A stretch of 64,000 nt of DNA from Leptospiria bacterium (GCA_965204465.1 OZ241995.1:468144-532143); one strand, 5' to 3'. Positions 38,268-48,647 are shown, counted from the stretch's first letter. The notes: generated by a model from the sequence alone, not told the origin. Made by a program: numbers and translations.

Positions 38268-39808
38268 CTACTGCACCACTACAGACTTGTAAGGGGGCGC
38301 ATTTCAACCACATCCCCCACAACCAGATTCCCCACCATATAGAGAGTGTTGCCTATGGCGGCCAGGCCGTGGAGTTAAGGATTCACTAACGCCAAAGCCG
38401 GTAGCACTTCCTACCCTTGTGGCTATCCCTACATTGGTATCCACAGTGTAGAGAAGATCATTCCAATCCCCCACCAATATAGAGGTATTGCCTATGGCGG
38501 CCAGGCCTCTGGGACGGCTTTCATTAACGCCAAATTCGGTAGCAATTCCTACCCTTGTGGCTACGCCTGTGTGGTATCCACAGTGTAGAGAACAGCATTC
38601 TCACTCACCATATAGAGAGTGTTGCCTATGGCGGCCAGGCCGGTGGGAGTTAAGGATTCACTAACGCCAAATTGAGTAGCACTTCTACCCTTGTGGCCAT
38701 CCCTGTGGTGGTATCCACAGTGTAGAGAACATTATTTCCATCCCCCACCATATAGAGAGTATTACCTATGGCGGCCAGGCCGGTGGGAAATCTTTCACTA
38801 ACGCCAAATTGAGTAGCACTTCCTACCCTTGTGGCTACGCCTGTGGTGGTATCCACAGTGTAGAGAGCAGCATTTTGCCTCCCCACCATATAGAGAGTAT
38901 TACCTATGGCGGCCAGTCGGTGGGAAAGCCTTCACCAATACTAAAATCTGAGCACTTTCTACCCTTGTGCTACGCTTGTGGTGGTATCCACAGTGTAGAG
39001 AACAGCATTCTCACTCACCATATAGAGAGTATTGCCTATGGCGGCCAGGACTTCGGGACGGTTTCACTAACGCCAAAGCCGATAGCACTTCCTACCCTTG
39101 TGGCCATCCCTGTGGTGCTATCCACATGTAGAGAACATTATTTCCATCCCCCACCATATAGAGAGTACTGCCTATCGCGGCCAGGCCGGTGGGAAATCTT
39201 TCACTAACACCAAAGTCGATAGCACTTCCTACCCTTGTGGCCATCCCTGTGGTGGTATCCAAAGTGGTAGAGAGTAGCAGTTCCCCTCCCCATCATATAG
39301 AGAGTACTGCTTTGGCGGCCAGGCCGCTGGGTAATCTTTCACTAACGCCAATTGAGTAGCACTTCCTACCCTTGTGGCTACGCCTGTGGTGGTATCCACA
39401 GTGTAGAGAACATCATTTCCATCCCCCACCATATAGAGAGTACTGCCTATGGCGGCCATGCCTCTGGGAAATGTTTCACTAACTCCAAATTGAGTAGCAC
39501 TTCCTACCCTTGTGGCTACGCCTTTGGTGGTATCCACAGTATAGAGAACATCATTGTTAGACCCCACATATAGAGAGTACTGTCTAGGTGGCCAGGCCTT
39601 CGGGACGGCTTTCACGAATGCCACCGAAGTTGCCAACAGTATTAAATGTACCGATGTCATCGTTGCCATTACCATTACCATTTTTATCGGCACAGGAGAT
39701 AGTTAAACCGATTGTGGCTATGGTTACCATCATGAGGCTTTAATGTTCCCCTTTTGCGTCTCATCATTTCTATTACTACATTCATTTTTCATTTTTTATG
39801 ACCTCCAT
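38268..39808 (-). pseudogene. repeat-blade lipoprotein gene B (tandem paralogue of A), heavily decayed
   Basis: Same 5' and 3' flanks as gene A, but the reading frame is broken many times. Only fragments 38650-38889 and 39229-39693 remain open. Confidence 0.8.
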
Positions 39809-39857
39809 TGATTAATTAGAATGGCATTCGATTTTTGTAAACATGATCATTTATTAA

Positions 39858-39885
39858 ATTCTATGAATATGAAATAAAGAGTCAA
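39858..39885 (-). promoter_or_regulatory. duplicate of the gene-A promoter upstream of decayed gene B
   Basis: TTGACT (39885-39880), 16 nt, TAGAAT (39863-39858). Confidence 0.4.
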
Positions 39886-40058
39886 GTCTTTTTTTACTAT
39901 ACGGTCACAAGTACCTTTCCCTTTGTTTCTTTCTCCCCCCCTCTTTATCCTACGGATACCAGTAATATCAATAAATTAGAACGCCATTATATTCTATTTG
40001 CTACCCATTTCACCCTATGGGTGCAGGTCTTACATTAAGAAAAAAAAAGAATAAACAA

Positions 40059-42553
40059 TTACTTTTTGAACCTATACCTACGGGTATAACTAGCCGTATC
40101 AGGTGAGGCACCCTTGGTAAAGGTAACCTTTAAATAAAATTCACTTTCTGATGCAAAAGACGCTGGGAGGGTGATCACTCCTGAAGGGGCCACTGTAGGC
40201 AGATCAGTGCCAGTCAAAGCATCACCGTCTGCATCCACCGCATCTTCTATTAAATAGGTACCTGCGGCAGTGCCTTGAACTCCCGTACCAGAAGTAGTAA
40301 TATTCATGGCGGTATCCGTTATGTCATAAAAGAACACGAAGTCTGTAGAAGAAGGCATTTCCAAGGGTAGTATTTGAGAATCGCAATAAACCAGATGCCA
40401 TTCGTACTGCCTGTTCGTCTGGTGTTCCGAGAGTAGAGGCCATAAAAGGATATTCTGACGTGGTGCCAAAATTCCATATAAATGCGTCTGTAACAGTAAT
40501 ATTTCCGTCATTATTACTGTCATATCGAACCGATTCCTCGTCTGCTACAGAATCATCATCTATGTCGAAAGGAGTATACCAGTTGAAGAAAATAGTAGGA
40601 GATTACATTATCACATGTTCCTGTATTAGGGGCAGTGGGCGTTTTGAATGAAGGTGATGAGAAACCGCCTGCACAAGTAAGAGTACCTCCATTGATGCCT
40701 ACGACAGTATCAGGAGCTTGACTACCATTTTTGACTAGTGTTGTAGTATCTTGATCATAATAGGAATTTCTTATACTATTACTATTCCACCCTACCATAC
40801 TGCCTGCATAAGAAGAAGAAGCAGAAGAAGAGACATCCCCTGTAGAGTAGGAGTTGGTTATACTACTACCTCCCTCATTCCACCCTACCAGACCGCCTGC
40901 ATAAGAGAAAGAAGAAGAAAAAGAAGAAAAAGCAGAAGAAGAAATATTTCCTATAGAATAGGAATTGGTTATACTACTATTACTAGTATTCCTCCCTACC
41001 AGGCCGCCTGCATAAGAAATAGAAGAACCAGAACCAAAAGCAGAAGAAGAAACATTCCCTATAGAATAGGAGTTGATTATACTACTACTAGAATTATGGA
41101 ACCCTACCAGGCCGCCTGTATATGGATAACGAGAAGAAGAAGAAGCATTCCCTGTAGAGTAGGAATTGGTTATACTACTTCCCTCATTGCCCCCTATCAG
41201 GCCGCCTGCATAGGAAGAAGCATAAGCATTCCCTGTAGAGTAGGAATTCGTTATACTACTATTATTATTCCACCCTACCAGACCTCCTGCAGAAAAAGAA
41301 AGTGAAGGAGAAGAAATATTCCCTGTAGAGTAGGAATTGGTTATACTACTTCCATCATTCCACCCTATCAGGCCGCCTGCATAAGAAAGTAAAGAAGCAG
41401 AAGAAGAAGCAGAAGAAGAAACATTCCCTGTAGAGTAGGAATTGGTTATACTACTTCCTCCATCATTCCTCCCTATCAGGCCGCCTGCATATAAAAAAGT
41501 AGAAGAAAGTAAAGAAGAAGAAGAAGAAGAAACATTCCCTGTAGAGTAAGAATTGGTTATACTACTTCCCTGATTCCATCCTACCAGACCACCTGCAGAA
41601 GAAGAGGAAGAAGAGGAAGAAGAGGAAGAAGAAATTTCTACATTCAATAAGCCTATATTCCTGATATTGGCACCCGATGTATACCCGAAAAGACCTGCAT
41701 AAGAGTCACTAGAGTTAATATTGATATTGATCGTCAGATCAATTATGGTGAATCCCTTTCCGTCTAAAGTGCCTGTGAAACTATTTGCATTTGTTCCAAT
41801 GGGTTGGAATCCTGTACACGTACCCGTAGTGCCCATAGGACAGGTATTTGTGGTAATAGAAGAAGCGTCTATATCTTTACCCAATTCATAATGAGCATCC
41901 AGGTCATCTCTCATCAACTGCAATTGCATTGCATTGCATATAATGTATGGATTTAATTCAGTTCCAACACCATAATTTTCTCCGGCCATATCGGGGATAA
42001 AATCAGTTTCGGCACCAGCGCCTGGCTGGGTAGTACATGGAGTATTTTCATCTTTTGTAGTGACCACAAGATCATGATCAGGAATAGAATCATAGCCAGA
42101 GTCATTACTTGTAGAGGAATGAATAATGGTAACAGAGGCATCTTCAGAGATTATGTCATCATCCACAAGGGTCAATGATACTCTTTGGGGGGTATCCCAA
42201 GTATCCGTAGCAAAGGTAAGGGTGATGGAAGAGCCTGCGCCGCTTTCATTTTGACTGCCAGAAGCAATATTTAAATTAGAAGGAGCATCAGAGGGAAGAG
42301 TGATCTTTATTTCTACATTTGCAGTGGGTTGGGTATTTAAAACAATGGTATATTCATATTCTACATCTGTATCGCCTTCCGTGAGTGTGATCGTATCAGG
42401 CAATGGTGAGTTATCTTTTGCATAAGTGATTCCTGGGGTATCCCCATTATCCGACGGTAGAATTAGGTCTGGATCGTTTTCATTAATCTCGCAGAATGAC
42501 AAGGATAGAATGACCATTATGGCCATGATTCTGTATAAACTATTCATTTTCAT
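40059..42553 (-). pseudogene. GLUG-motif repeat surface lipoprotein gene with at least 2 frameshifts
   Basis: The 665-aa ORF has a lipobox (LSLSFC) and about 9 units of AGGL(V/I)G.N.GSSITNSYSTGN(V/I)SS. The third frame continues FFNWYTPFDIDDDSVADEESVRYDSNNDGNITVTDAFIWNFGTTSEYP. ORF 40059-40523 then carries the C-terminal domain. Confidence 0.75.
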
Positions 42554-42960
42554 ATTTTTTACTCCTTTAATTCAAAATTGTTTAGTGAAATACACAATCG
42601 GTTGTATTTGTGTTTTGCGGCATTTAGCATGCTGCTATCGATCTATCTTTGATTTAAAATTATTTAATGGGAATGCACAATCGGCTGTATTATTTTTTGC
42701 ATGAATGCTTTATTTTCACCCCAGACCCCCAGAAACTGTTTTATAAGTTGGGTATTCTAATCTAGGCTTGTTTTAGGCAATTTAAGCCTATCTACGTTGC
42801 TAAAGCAAAAATGCCAGCCATTAAGATGAGTAATATTATTGGTTGAATATGGCTATAGATATGTCTTGATTTGCCATAAATATTCTTAAATCGTACACGA
42901 TCATTTACTATTATTAGTACTCTATAGCAGAATGCAGATATGAAATACAGAGTCAAGTCT

Positions 42961-42976
42961 TTTTTTACTCTACTAT
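42961..42976. repeat. target-site duplication, left
   Basis: TTTTTTACTCTACTA(T) is repeated at 44189-44204. Confidence 0.8.
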
Positions 42977-44188
42977 ACAATAACCAATGACATATCTTAC
43001 ACTACTTGTTAGATCCCCAGGGTAGGGGCCATGATTTCAGGTAGGAGGAAGGTGAGGGAACCGAACCGAACGACTACCTGAAATTTTCTGGACTGAATAA
43101 AGCAGTTTATCCCTAAGTCTATTTTAGAAATAAATTATCAAGGATTGAAATATGAAAAATAATGAACAAGAAATTTCAATTATACAGGAAAATCTGAAAG
43201 GAATAAAAAATCATATAATACGCAAGAGAGCATTATTCCTGATAAGAGCCTTACAATCGGGCAATGTTAAATTAACCTCTGACAAATTTGGTCATGCCCG
43301 ACAAACATATTATTTCTGGATCAGAAGATTGAGAAAGACAAAGTATAATATGGAGGCACTTTTAGACATATCTAGAAAACCTAAAAGTAATTCAAAGTCT
43401 ATAGACCAGAGCGTCATTGATCTGGCTATCCAAGTCAGAAAGGATAACTATAATGCAGGTGCTAAATTGACAACCCTATTATTAAAAAGGGATCATGGAA
43501 TTGAGATACATGCTTCCACATTAGGATATATCTTCAGGCGCAAGAATATTTCCCAACAATATAGAATACCTCGAAAAAACAGCCATACAAAGCGTTATGC
43601 CCTTCAGGAGCCATTAGAGAGGGTTCAGACGGATACTGTGAACCTTGGGATAGTAGATAACAACGGGCATTCTGTGAAGGCCTATCCAGTTATAGATGAT
43701 TGTTCACGAACTGTGGTGGTACACATAGCTGATGAACATAGTAACTATGAAGCTACCAATGGGATCAAAAAATTTGTGGAAAAATTTGAGATGCCACAAA
43801 AAATACAAACAGATAATGGAGTCGAGTTTACTTCTAAATATGTTTCCCAAGAGAATCCCAGGAGAAAAAAAAAGTCTGTGATCAGTGGCTTTGAAGAATA
43901 TTTAAGAGAAGCAGGTATTGAGCATAAATTGATCCGTCCAGGAACGCCAGAGCTGAATGGTAAAGTAGAGCGTTTCAATCAAACCTTGAAGAGAGCCCTT
44001 GAAGGTAAAATTAAAAATGGAATGAGTATTATTGAGATTCAGACTATCGTAGATAACTTTGTGAATTGGTATAATAAGATCCGCCCGCACTCTTCATTAA
44101 ATAACTTGACGCCATATCAAAGGTTCCATCGGAATAGAATGACTAAAATAGCTTCTTAATGTGTAAGATATGTCATTGGTTTCTACAT
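42976..44188 (+). mobile_element. IS481-family-like insertion sequence (about 1213 bp), apparently intact
   Basis: Perfect 21-bp inverted repeats (42982-43002 AACCAATGACATATCTTACAC and 44162-44182). The outer end reads TGTAGAAACC on the right. Single HTH plus DDE(rve) ORF. Flanked by a 15-16 bp direct repeat. Confidence 0.85.
43152..44159 (+). CDS. transposase, integrase-core (rve, DDE) with N-terminal HTH
   Basis: VQTDTVNL...VIDDCSR...IQTDNGVEFTS...GTPELNGKVERFNQTLK...YNKIRPHSSLNNLTPYQRF. Confidence 0.9.
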   Translation: MKNNEQEISIIQENLKGIKNHIIRKRALFLIRALQSGNVKLTSDKFGHARQTYYFWIRRLRKTKYNMEALLDISRKPKSNSKSIDQSVIDLAIQVRKDNYNAGAKLTTLLLKRDHGIEIHASTLGYIFRRKNISQQYRIPRKNSHTKRYALQEPLERVQTDTVNLGIVDNNGHSVKAYPVIDDCSRTVVVHIADEHSNYEATNGIKKFVEKFEMPQKIQTDNGVEFTSKYVSQENPRRKKKSVISGFEEYLREAGIEHKLIRPGTPELNGKVERFNQTLKRALEGKIKNGMSIIEIQTIVDNFVNWYNKIRPHSSLNNLTPYQRFHRNRMTKIAS

Positions 44189-44204
44189 TTTTTACTCTAC
44201 TATT
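44189..44204. repeat. target-site duplication, right
   Basis: TTTTTTACTCTACTA(T). Confidence 0.8.
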
Positions 44205-44231
44205 ACCTCCTTTTCTTGCTTTATTTTTCTT

Positions 44232-45067
44232 TTAAGCCACCTCAGCTTCCACAGTAATACCATGTTTTTTTAAGAAATAATTACATTCATGCATTTTGCT
44301 AACATGATTCTTTTCATCTCTAAAATAATGATATTTTTTCTTTGCGAGCATACAAAATATTTGAGCTATAAATCTTCTACACGCACCCAGAAAACTTATT
44401 CGTTTTTTTAATCTTGGTGATCTCATTAGAGCTTTCAACAGCAGGTGCACTCCTCAAATATGAGCAAAGGTGTTTTTTGTTGGGAAATCTCTTTATATAA
44501 CAAATATCTGCCATGATGGCTAAAGCAGAGAGAACACTGATCCCTTTCGCACTGGTAAGAATTTCTACTTCTTTATAGAATTGAAAGCCGATAAGTTTGA
44601 TCTCTTCTTCTACCTCTTTCTTCCTGGCTTCAAGGCTTTCAAGCTCATCAATAAACAATTTAAACTGAAATCTTAAAGAATCACTTAAGTCTAAGGCCAA
44701 AATCTCTGAAAGCATCTTTCTAGTCAGCTCTGATCCTGGAAAAACATACATATATTCTTTTAACAAAGAATGTATTCTGTTTTTTATTGATATAATTGTA
44801 GTTGTTAAAAAATTATAGGATTTGAATAATCCTCTAAGAGCCTGCATATCATCATTGGGTATGTACACCGCTGATCATCTGCATTTTTAAAACAGTGGCT
44901 ATTTTTTCTGCATCAATCTTATCTGTTTTCTTATTTGTGTTAGAAATCAATTTTAGCTTGTGAGTATCTGCCACGATCACTTCTGCAACAAAAGGCTTTA
45001 TACATTTTGCAAATTGAAATACATTGGTACAAGCCTCAAGCATAACAGTTGTGTTCTTATCAAGCAA
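44232..45067 (-). pseudogene. IS110-family transposase remnant (three reading frames, N-terminus degenerate)
   Basis: Fragments: VMLEACTNVF...KKTDKIDAEKIA (DEDD N-domain), LTSAKGISVLSALAIMADICYIKRFPNKKHLCSYL (C-domain), and a C-terminal tail in a third frame. Confidence 0.75.
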
Positions 45068-45127
45068 TGAATAGTATTACCTTTGCCGAATCGAATAAAA
45101 TTCTATAAAACCATCATGTAATCGAGT

Positions 45128-45328
45128 CATATCCTGTGACCTGTAAAACATCCGTGTTTTGTAATTTTTTGTTTGTGAAACTTAGTATATCCTCATCAAA
45201 ACCGCTTCCGTTGGTTTTGATTCGGGCATATGTGCAGACGACTTGATAGGAGGTCAGGTGTCTGGGGTGGTTTCTTTTTTCTTCATTTTTATTCTATGTG
45301 TACAAAGTACAGCTTGGCGGCATTCACT
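45128..45328 (+). repeat. mosaic REP-like element (hairpins plus variant of the dispersed core)
   Basis: Hairpins at 45142-45163 and 45196-45220. The block GACTTGATAGGAGGTCAGGTGTCTGGGG is related to the reverse complement of 62730-62760. The core variant is at 45296-45328. Confidence 0.7.
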
Positions 45329-45371
45329 CTTCGCAGTATAAAGGTTTCTATAATATTTTTCAAATTAAAAA

Positions 45372-45408
45372 TTGACATATTGACTACGATACTGTATGCT
45401 GTTATAAG
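45372..45408 (+). promoter_or_regulatory. two overlapping sigma70-type promoters giving a very short leader
   Basis: TTGACA (45372), 17 nt, TATGCT (45395). TTGACT (45380), 17 nt, TATAAG (45403). ATG at 45417. Duplicated at 50504-50540. Confidence 0.4.
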
Positions 45409-45416
45409 TAAAGCCC

Positions 45417-48400
45417 ATGAGAATATTAAAAAGTTTAATCTTTATTTTGATGATCATAAATTCCTTCTTGAATATTTATTGTGGTAACGAGAAAACGTCC
45501 ACCCCCATGGAAGATATTACCAATCTATTAGCCATTCCGGGAGACAGGCAAGTTACATTAACTTGGGTCAATCCCATAGATGGTGATTTTTCTAAGGTTG
45601 AAGTTAGCTGGAGTTCTCCAGTAGATGCAGTTTCCGTAATGGAATTTTCAGGGCTTCCAGGAGAAGCCATGAGAGAGACTATAACCGGATTGACCCATTA
45701 CGTAACCTATACTTTCACTTTTAAAACCATTGATGATAATGGAAATAAGCAAAATGAAGGCAGAGTCATTTCTATTATACTTAAGGATGTTTTCCCTCCT
45801 GGAGATATAACTGAGCTTTCTGTTATTCCTGCAGAAAGAGAAGTCTTTTTGAACTGGAAAAATCCTTCGAATAGTGATTTTTCTAAGGTTGAAGTTAGCT
45901 GGAGTTCTTCAGAGAGTGGAGTTGTTTCTCTAATCGAATTTGAAGGGCTTCCAGGAGAATCGATGAGCGAAACCATCACCGGATTAGTCGATGACGTCTA
46001 TGTTTTCACTTTTAAAACCATTGATGGCACTGGCAATAAACAGAGTGAAGGCAGAGCCATTTCCACTATGCTTCATGATATCTTCCCTCCGGGAGATATA
46101 ACTGAACTTTCCGCGATTCCTGCAGAAGGAGAGGTCTCTCTGAGCTGGGTAAATCCTTCTAATACTGATTTTGCGAAAGTAGAAGTAAGCTGGAGTGCTC
46201 CGGAAGATACAGGTTCCGTAATAGAGTTTGAAGGGCTCCCGGGAGCATCTATGAGCGAAACCATCACCGGGCTGCTCGATGACATAACCTATAATTTTAC
46301 TTTTAAAACCATTGATAGTAACGAAAATAAGCAGGTTGAAGGCAAGGTCATTCCCATTATGCTTAATGATACTTTTCCTCCGGGAGATATAACTGAACTT
46401 TTCGCTACTCCTGCAGAAAGAGAGATATCTCTGAGCTGGAAAAATCCTTCTAATATAGATTTTTCAAAAGTAGAAATAAGCTATAGCGCTCCAGGGCATT
46501 CAGATTCCGTAATGGAATTTGAAGGAAGTCCGGGAGCATTGATGAGCGCAACTATAACTGAATTAGCTAATGACGTAACCTATACTTTCACTTTTAAAAC
46601 CATTGATTTCCTGGGTAATAAACAGGTTACCGGCCAGATCATTTCTGTGTCTACCATAGACGATGTCACTCCTCCGCAAGATGTAACGAATGTAAAAGCC
46701 ATTTCAAGCGATACAGAGATCAAGTTATGGTGGCAAAATCCGGCAGATTCTGACTTTTCAAAAGTCAAAGTAAGCTGGACTCCTGGAGATGCAGGTTCTG
46801 TGAGGGAATTCTCAGGGGCTCCGGGAGAAGATATGAGAGAGAGCATTACCGGTTTAACCAATGGTACGATGTATACCTTCACGATCAAATCTATTGACAT
46901 TGAATCAAATGAACAGAGTACAGGCAAGACGGTATCAGAGCTGCCCATCCCTCATTGGGGAGGTAAAAATCACATTGAATATGGGGTTAGATGGCATCCC
47001 TTACGCAACTATCCAGACCTAACAGGTTCTTTAAGTATCCGTGATTTAGATAGAGAAGTATTTAATGGAATCAGTTATGTTCATTTTTGGAGTAATTGGG
47101 GGCGCGTAGAACCGTCTTTTTACAAAACTATCGAGAAAGGGTTTACTTCCCCTGATCTCAGACAATTAATAAACTGGGTTGATGCCGCGCATGCGAAGGG
47201 CTTGAAAATACACTTAGAGTTAAAAAATTATCCCAATTGGGTAGGTAAAAATGCTCCTCTTGACGGCAGCAGTCAAGGTGAGAGAAATTGCTGTGATTTT
47301 TATTTTACTGAAGAAGACCGTACTAATCTTAACCATTTTGAAACTTATGTCACAAATATGGCAAAACTTTTCGTCGGCAAGGTGCAGAGTTACTCTATTT
47401 TTGCTGAAGCAAATATAAACTTTAATTGGAAGGGGGAATTCCATGAACTCATGGAGGCTATGACAGTCGGCGCCAGAGCCGTAAGAAGGGTATATGATGC
47501 TCATGAGTTATCCGTTTCAATCAGTACGCCTGAAGCCTCTCCTTGCTGGTCGGGATGTAACACTATAAATGGTCTAATAGGCAACAATCCCTATGAGAGG
47601 GTTTTGAATATGTATGATCAATTTATTGGTAATGAAGAATTAATGTCTTTATTTGATGCGGTTGGTATTTCTATGAATGATAATAGAGCTTATGGAAATA
47701 TGCGTATTTTAGAAGATAAACTTCTAGGTAACGGTCAACCTGGAACCGCCCCTGGTTGGGAATTAATTGGTGTGATCAGAAATAAATTGGATCAAGCAGG
47801 CTACCAAGGCAAAGATATTCAAGTGATAGAAAGTTGGGTTAGTTGGGATGACGGTATTTCGAGAGATATAAATGGCGATAATAAGGTAAATGAAGAGGAC
47901 GCAGTGTTCAGAACAATCCGCATTGTAGGAGCATTTCTTAGTAGGGGGTTAAATAAAATAAATCTAGCGGCTGTGGATTTTTTTAATCCACCATGGTATA
48001 TAGGCCTCGTAAAACAATTAGACTATCGTAGCATCATAGAAAACCTGAAAGGGCCACCCTGGGTCTATTCTAATTCAGAGGGTGGTCCTAAGATCATAAA
48101 TAGAAGTTTTCAATATAAATTCGATGAAAATACTTCAATCGTATCACTGAGGGAAGGAAGAGATCTTAGAAACCTATATGCCGATCGTAATAACCCAAAC
48201 CATCCGCATTATTATATCTGGAAATGGTATTCTCAAATTGCTTCTGGTAAAGATGAGGTAGTTCGTCATGCCATGCAATATAGAAGTGGGAACAGGCTGA
48301 ATGTATCTGGCTGGGCTTCTAATGGATGGCGATTCAGGATTTCTTCTTATAATGTAACTCAAAACTCTTTTATTGTTTTGATATATTCACAGAACGAAAA

Positions 48401-48647
48401 TGGTACTAATACTATAAATATGAACATTCCTTCTAAGGTTAAGGAATCTTCTCCATTTATAGGAAGGGGTTTCTCAAATGGAGATAATTACAGAGTAGAA
48501 TGGGAAACCAAAAATATAACCACCAGCAGTGGTAGAGATACAAACGTGAACTCTGGTACATCACCGGTACAAACAGTCAGCAATGATAGATTATCTTTTA
48601 CGCTACCGAATGCAAGGCGCTTTACTACCTTGACCTTTAGGCGTTAA
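45417..48647 (+). CDS. large surface lipoprotein: 5 Fn3-like repeats plus ~560-aa C-terminal domain (possibly TIM-barrel glycosidase-like), copy 1
   Basis: Lipobox (FLNIYCGNE). Five ~93-aa units: PGD.T.L.A.P....V.L.W.NP...DF.KVEVSWS......EF.G.PG..M.ETITGL.....Y.F.FKTID..GNKQ. C-terminal blocks: GLKIHLELKNYPNWVG, SIFAEANINF, IQVIESWVSWDD. Confidence 0.75.
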   Translation: MRILKSLIFILMIINSFLNIYCGNEKTSTPMEDITNLLAIPGDRQVTLTWVNPIDGDFSKVEVSWSSPVDAVSVMEFSGLPGEAMRETITGLTHYVTYTFTFKTIDDNGNKQNEGRVISIILKDVFPPGDITELSVIPAEREVFLNWKNPSNSDFSKVEVSWSSSESGVVSLIEFEGLPGESMSETITGLVDDVYVFTFKTIDGTGNKQSEGRAISTMLHDIFPPGDITELSAIPAEGEVSLSWVNPSNTDFAKVEVSWSAPEDTGSVIEFEGLPGASMSETITGLLDDITYNFTFKTIDSNENKQVEGKVIPIMLNDTFPPGDITELFATPAEREISLSWKNPSNIDFSKVEISYSAPGHSDSVMEFEGSPGALMSATITELANDVTYTFTFKTIDFLGNKQVTGQIISVSTIDDVTPPQDVTNVKAISSDTEIKLWWQNPADSDFSKVKVSWTPGDAGSVREFSGAPGEDMRESITGLTNGTMYTFTIKSIDIESNEQSTGKTVSELPIPHWGGKNHIEYGVRWHPLRNYPDLTGSLSIRDLDREVFNGISYVHFWSNWGRVEPSFYKTIEKGFTSPDLRQLINWVDAAHAKGLKIHLELKNYPNWVGKNAPLDGSSQGERNCCDFYFTEEDRTNLNHFETYVTNMAKLFVGKVQSYSIFAEANINFNWKGEFHELMEAMTVGARAVRRVYDAHELSVSISTPEASPCWSGCNTINGLIGNNPYERVLNMYDQFIGNEELMSLFDAVGISMNDNRAYGNMRILEDKLLGNGQPGTAPGWELIGVIRNKLDQAGYQGKDIQVIESWVSWDDGISRDINGDNKVNEEDAVFRTIRIVGAFLSRGLNKINLAAVDFFNPPWYIGLVKQLDYRSIIENLKGPPWVYSNSEGGPKIINRSFQYKFDENTSIVSLREGRDLRNLYADRNNPNHPHYYIWKWYSQIASGKDEVVRHAMQYRSGNRLNVSGWASNGWRFRISSYNVTQNSFIVLIYSQNENGTNTINMNIPSKVKESSPFIGRGFSNGDNYRVEWETKNITTSSGRDTNVNSGTSPVQTVSNDRLSFTLPNARRFTTLTFRR

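Noticed and set aside
36442-39800. Highly periodic direct repeats that could be mistaken for a CRISPR array.
   Set aside because: The period is ~141-147 bp with no short constant-repeat / unique-spacer structure. The repeats translate into a consistent ~47-aa protein motif behind a lipoprotein signal, so they are coding blade repeats.
40751-41305. 184-aa Arg-rich plus-strand ORF.
   Set aside because: It is antisense to the Ser-rich GLUG repeats (AGA/AGG from TCT/CCT), an artefact of the repeat composition.
42941-42967. Third copy of the promoter cassette called as a functional promoter for the GLUG gene.
   Set aside because: The -35 TTGACT is present, but the -10 position reads CATTCT. It also lies about 400 nt from the start codon. 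It is kept only as a repeat observation.
45230-45487. 85-aa ORF (also 50362-50619) and ORFs 60747-61148 and 62586-62771, which contain MCTKYSL or RPDRMSGAWG-type peptides.
   Set aside because: They are open only because they run through REP-like or dispersed repeat DNA. The shared peptides are translations of the repeats in arbitrary frames. No RBS is present.
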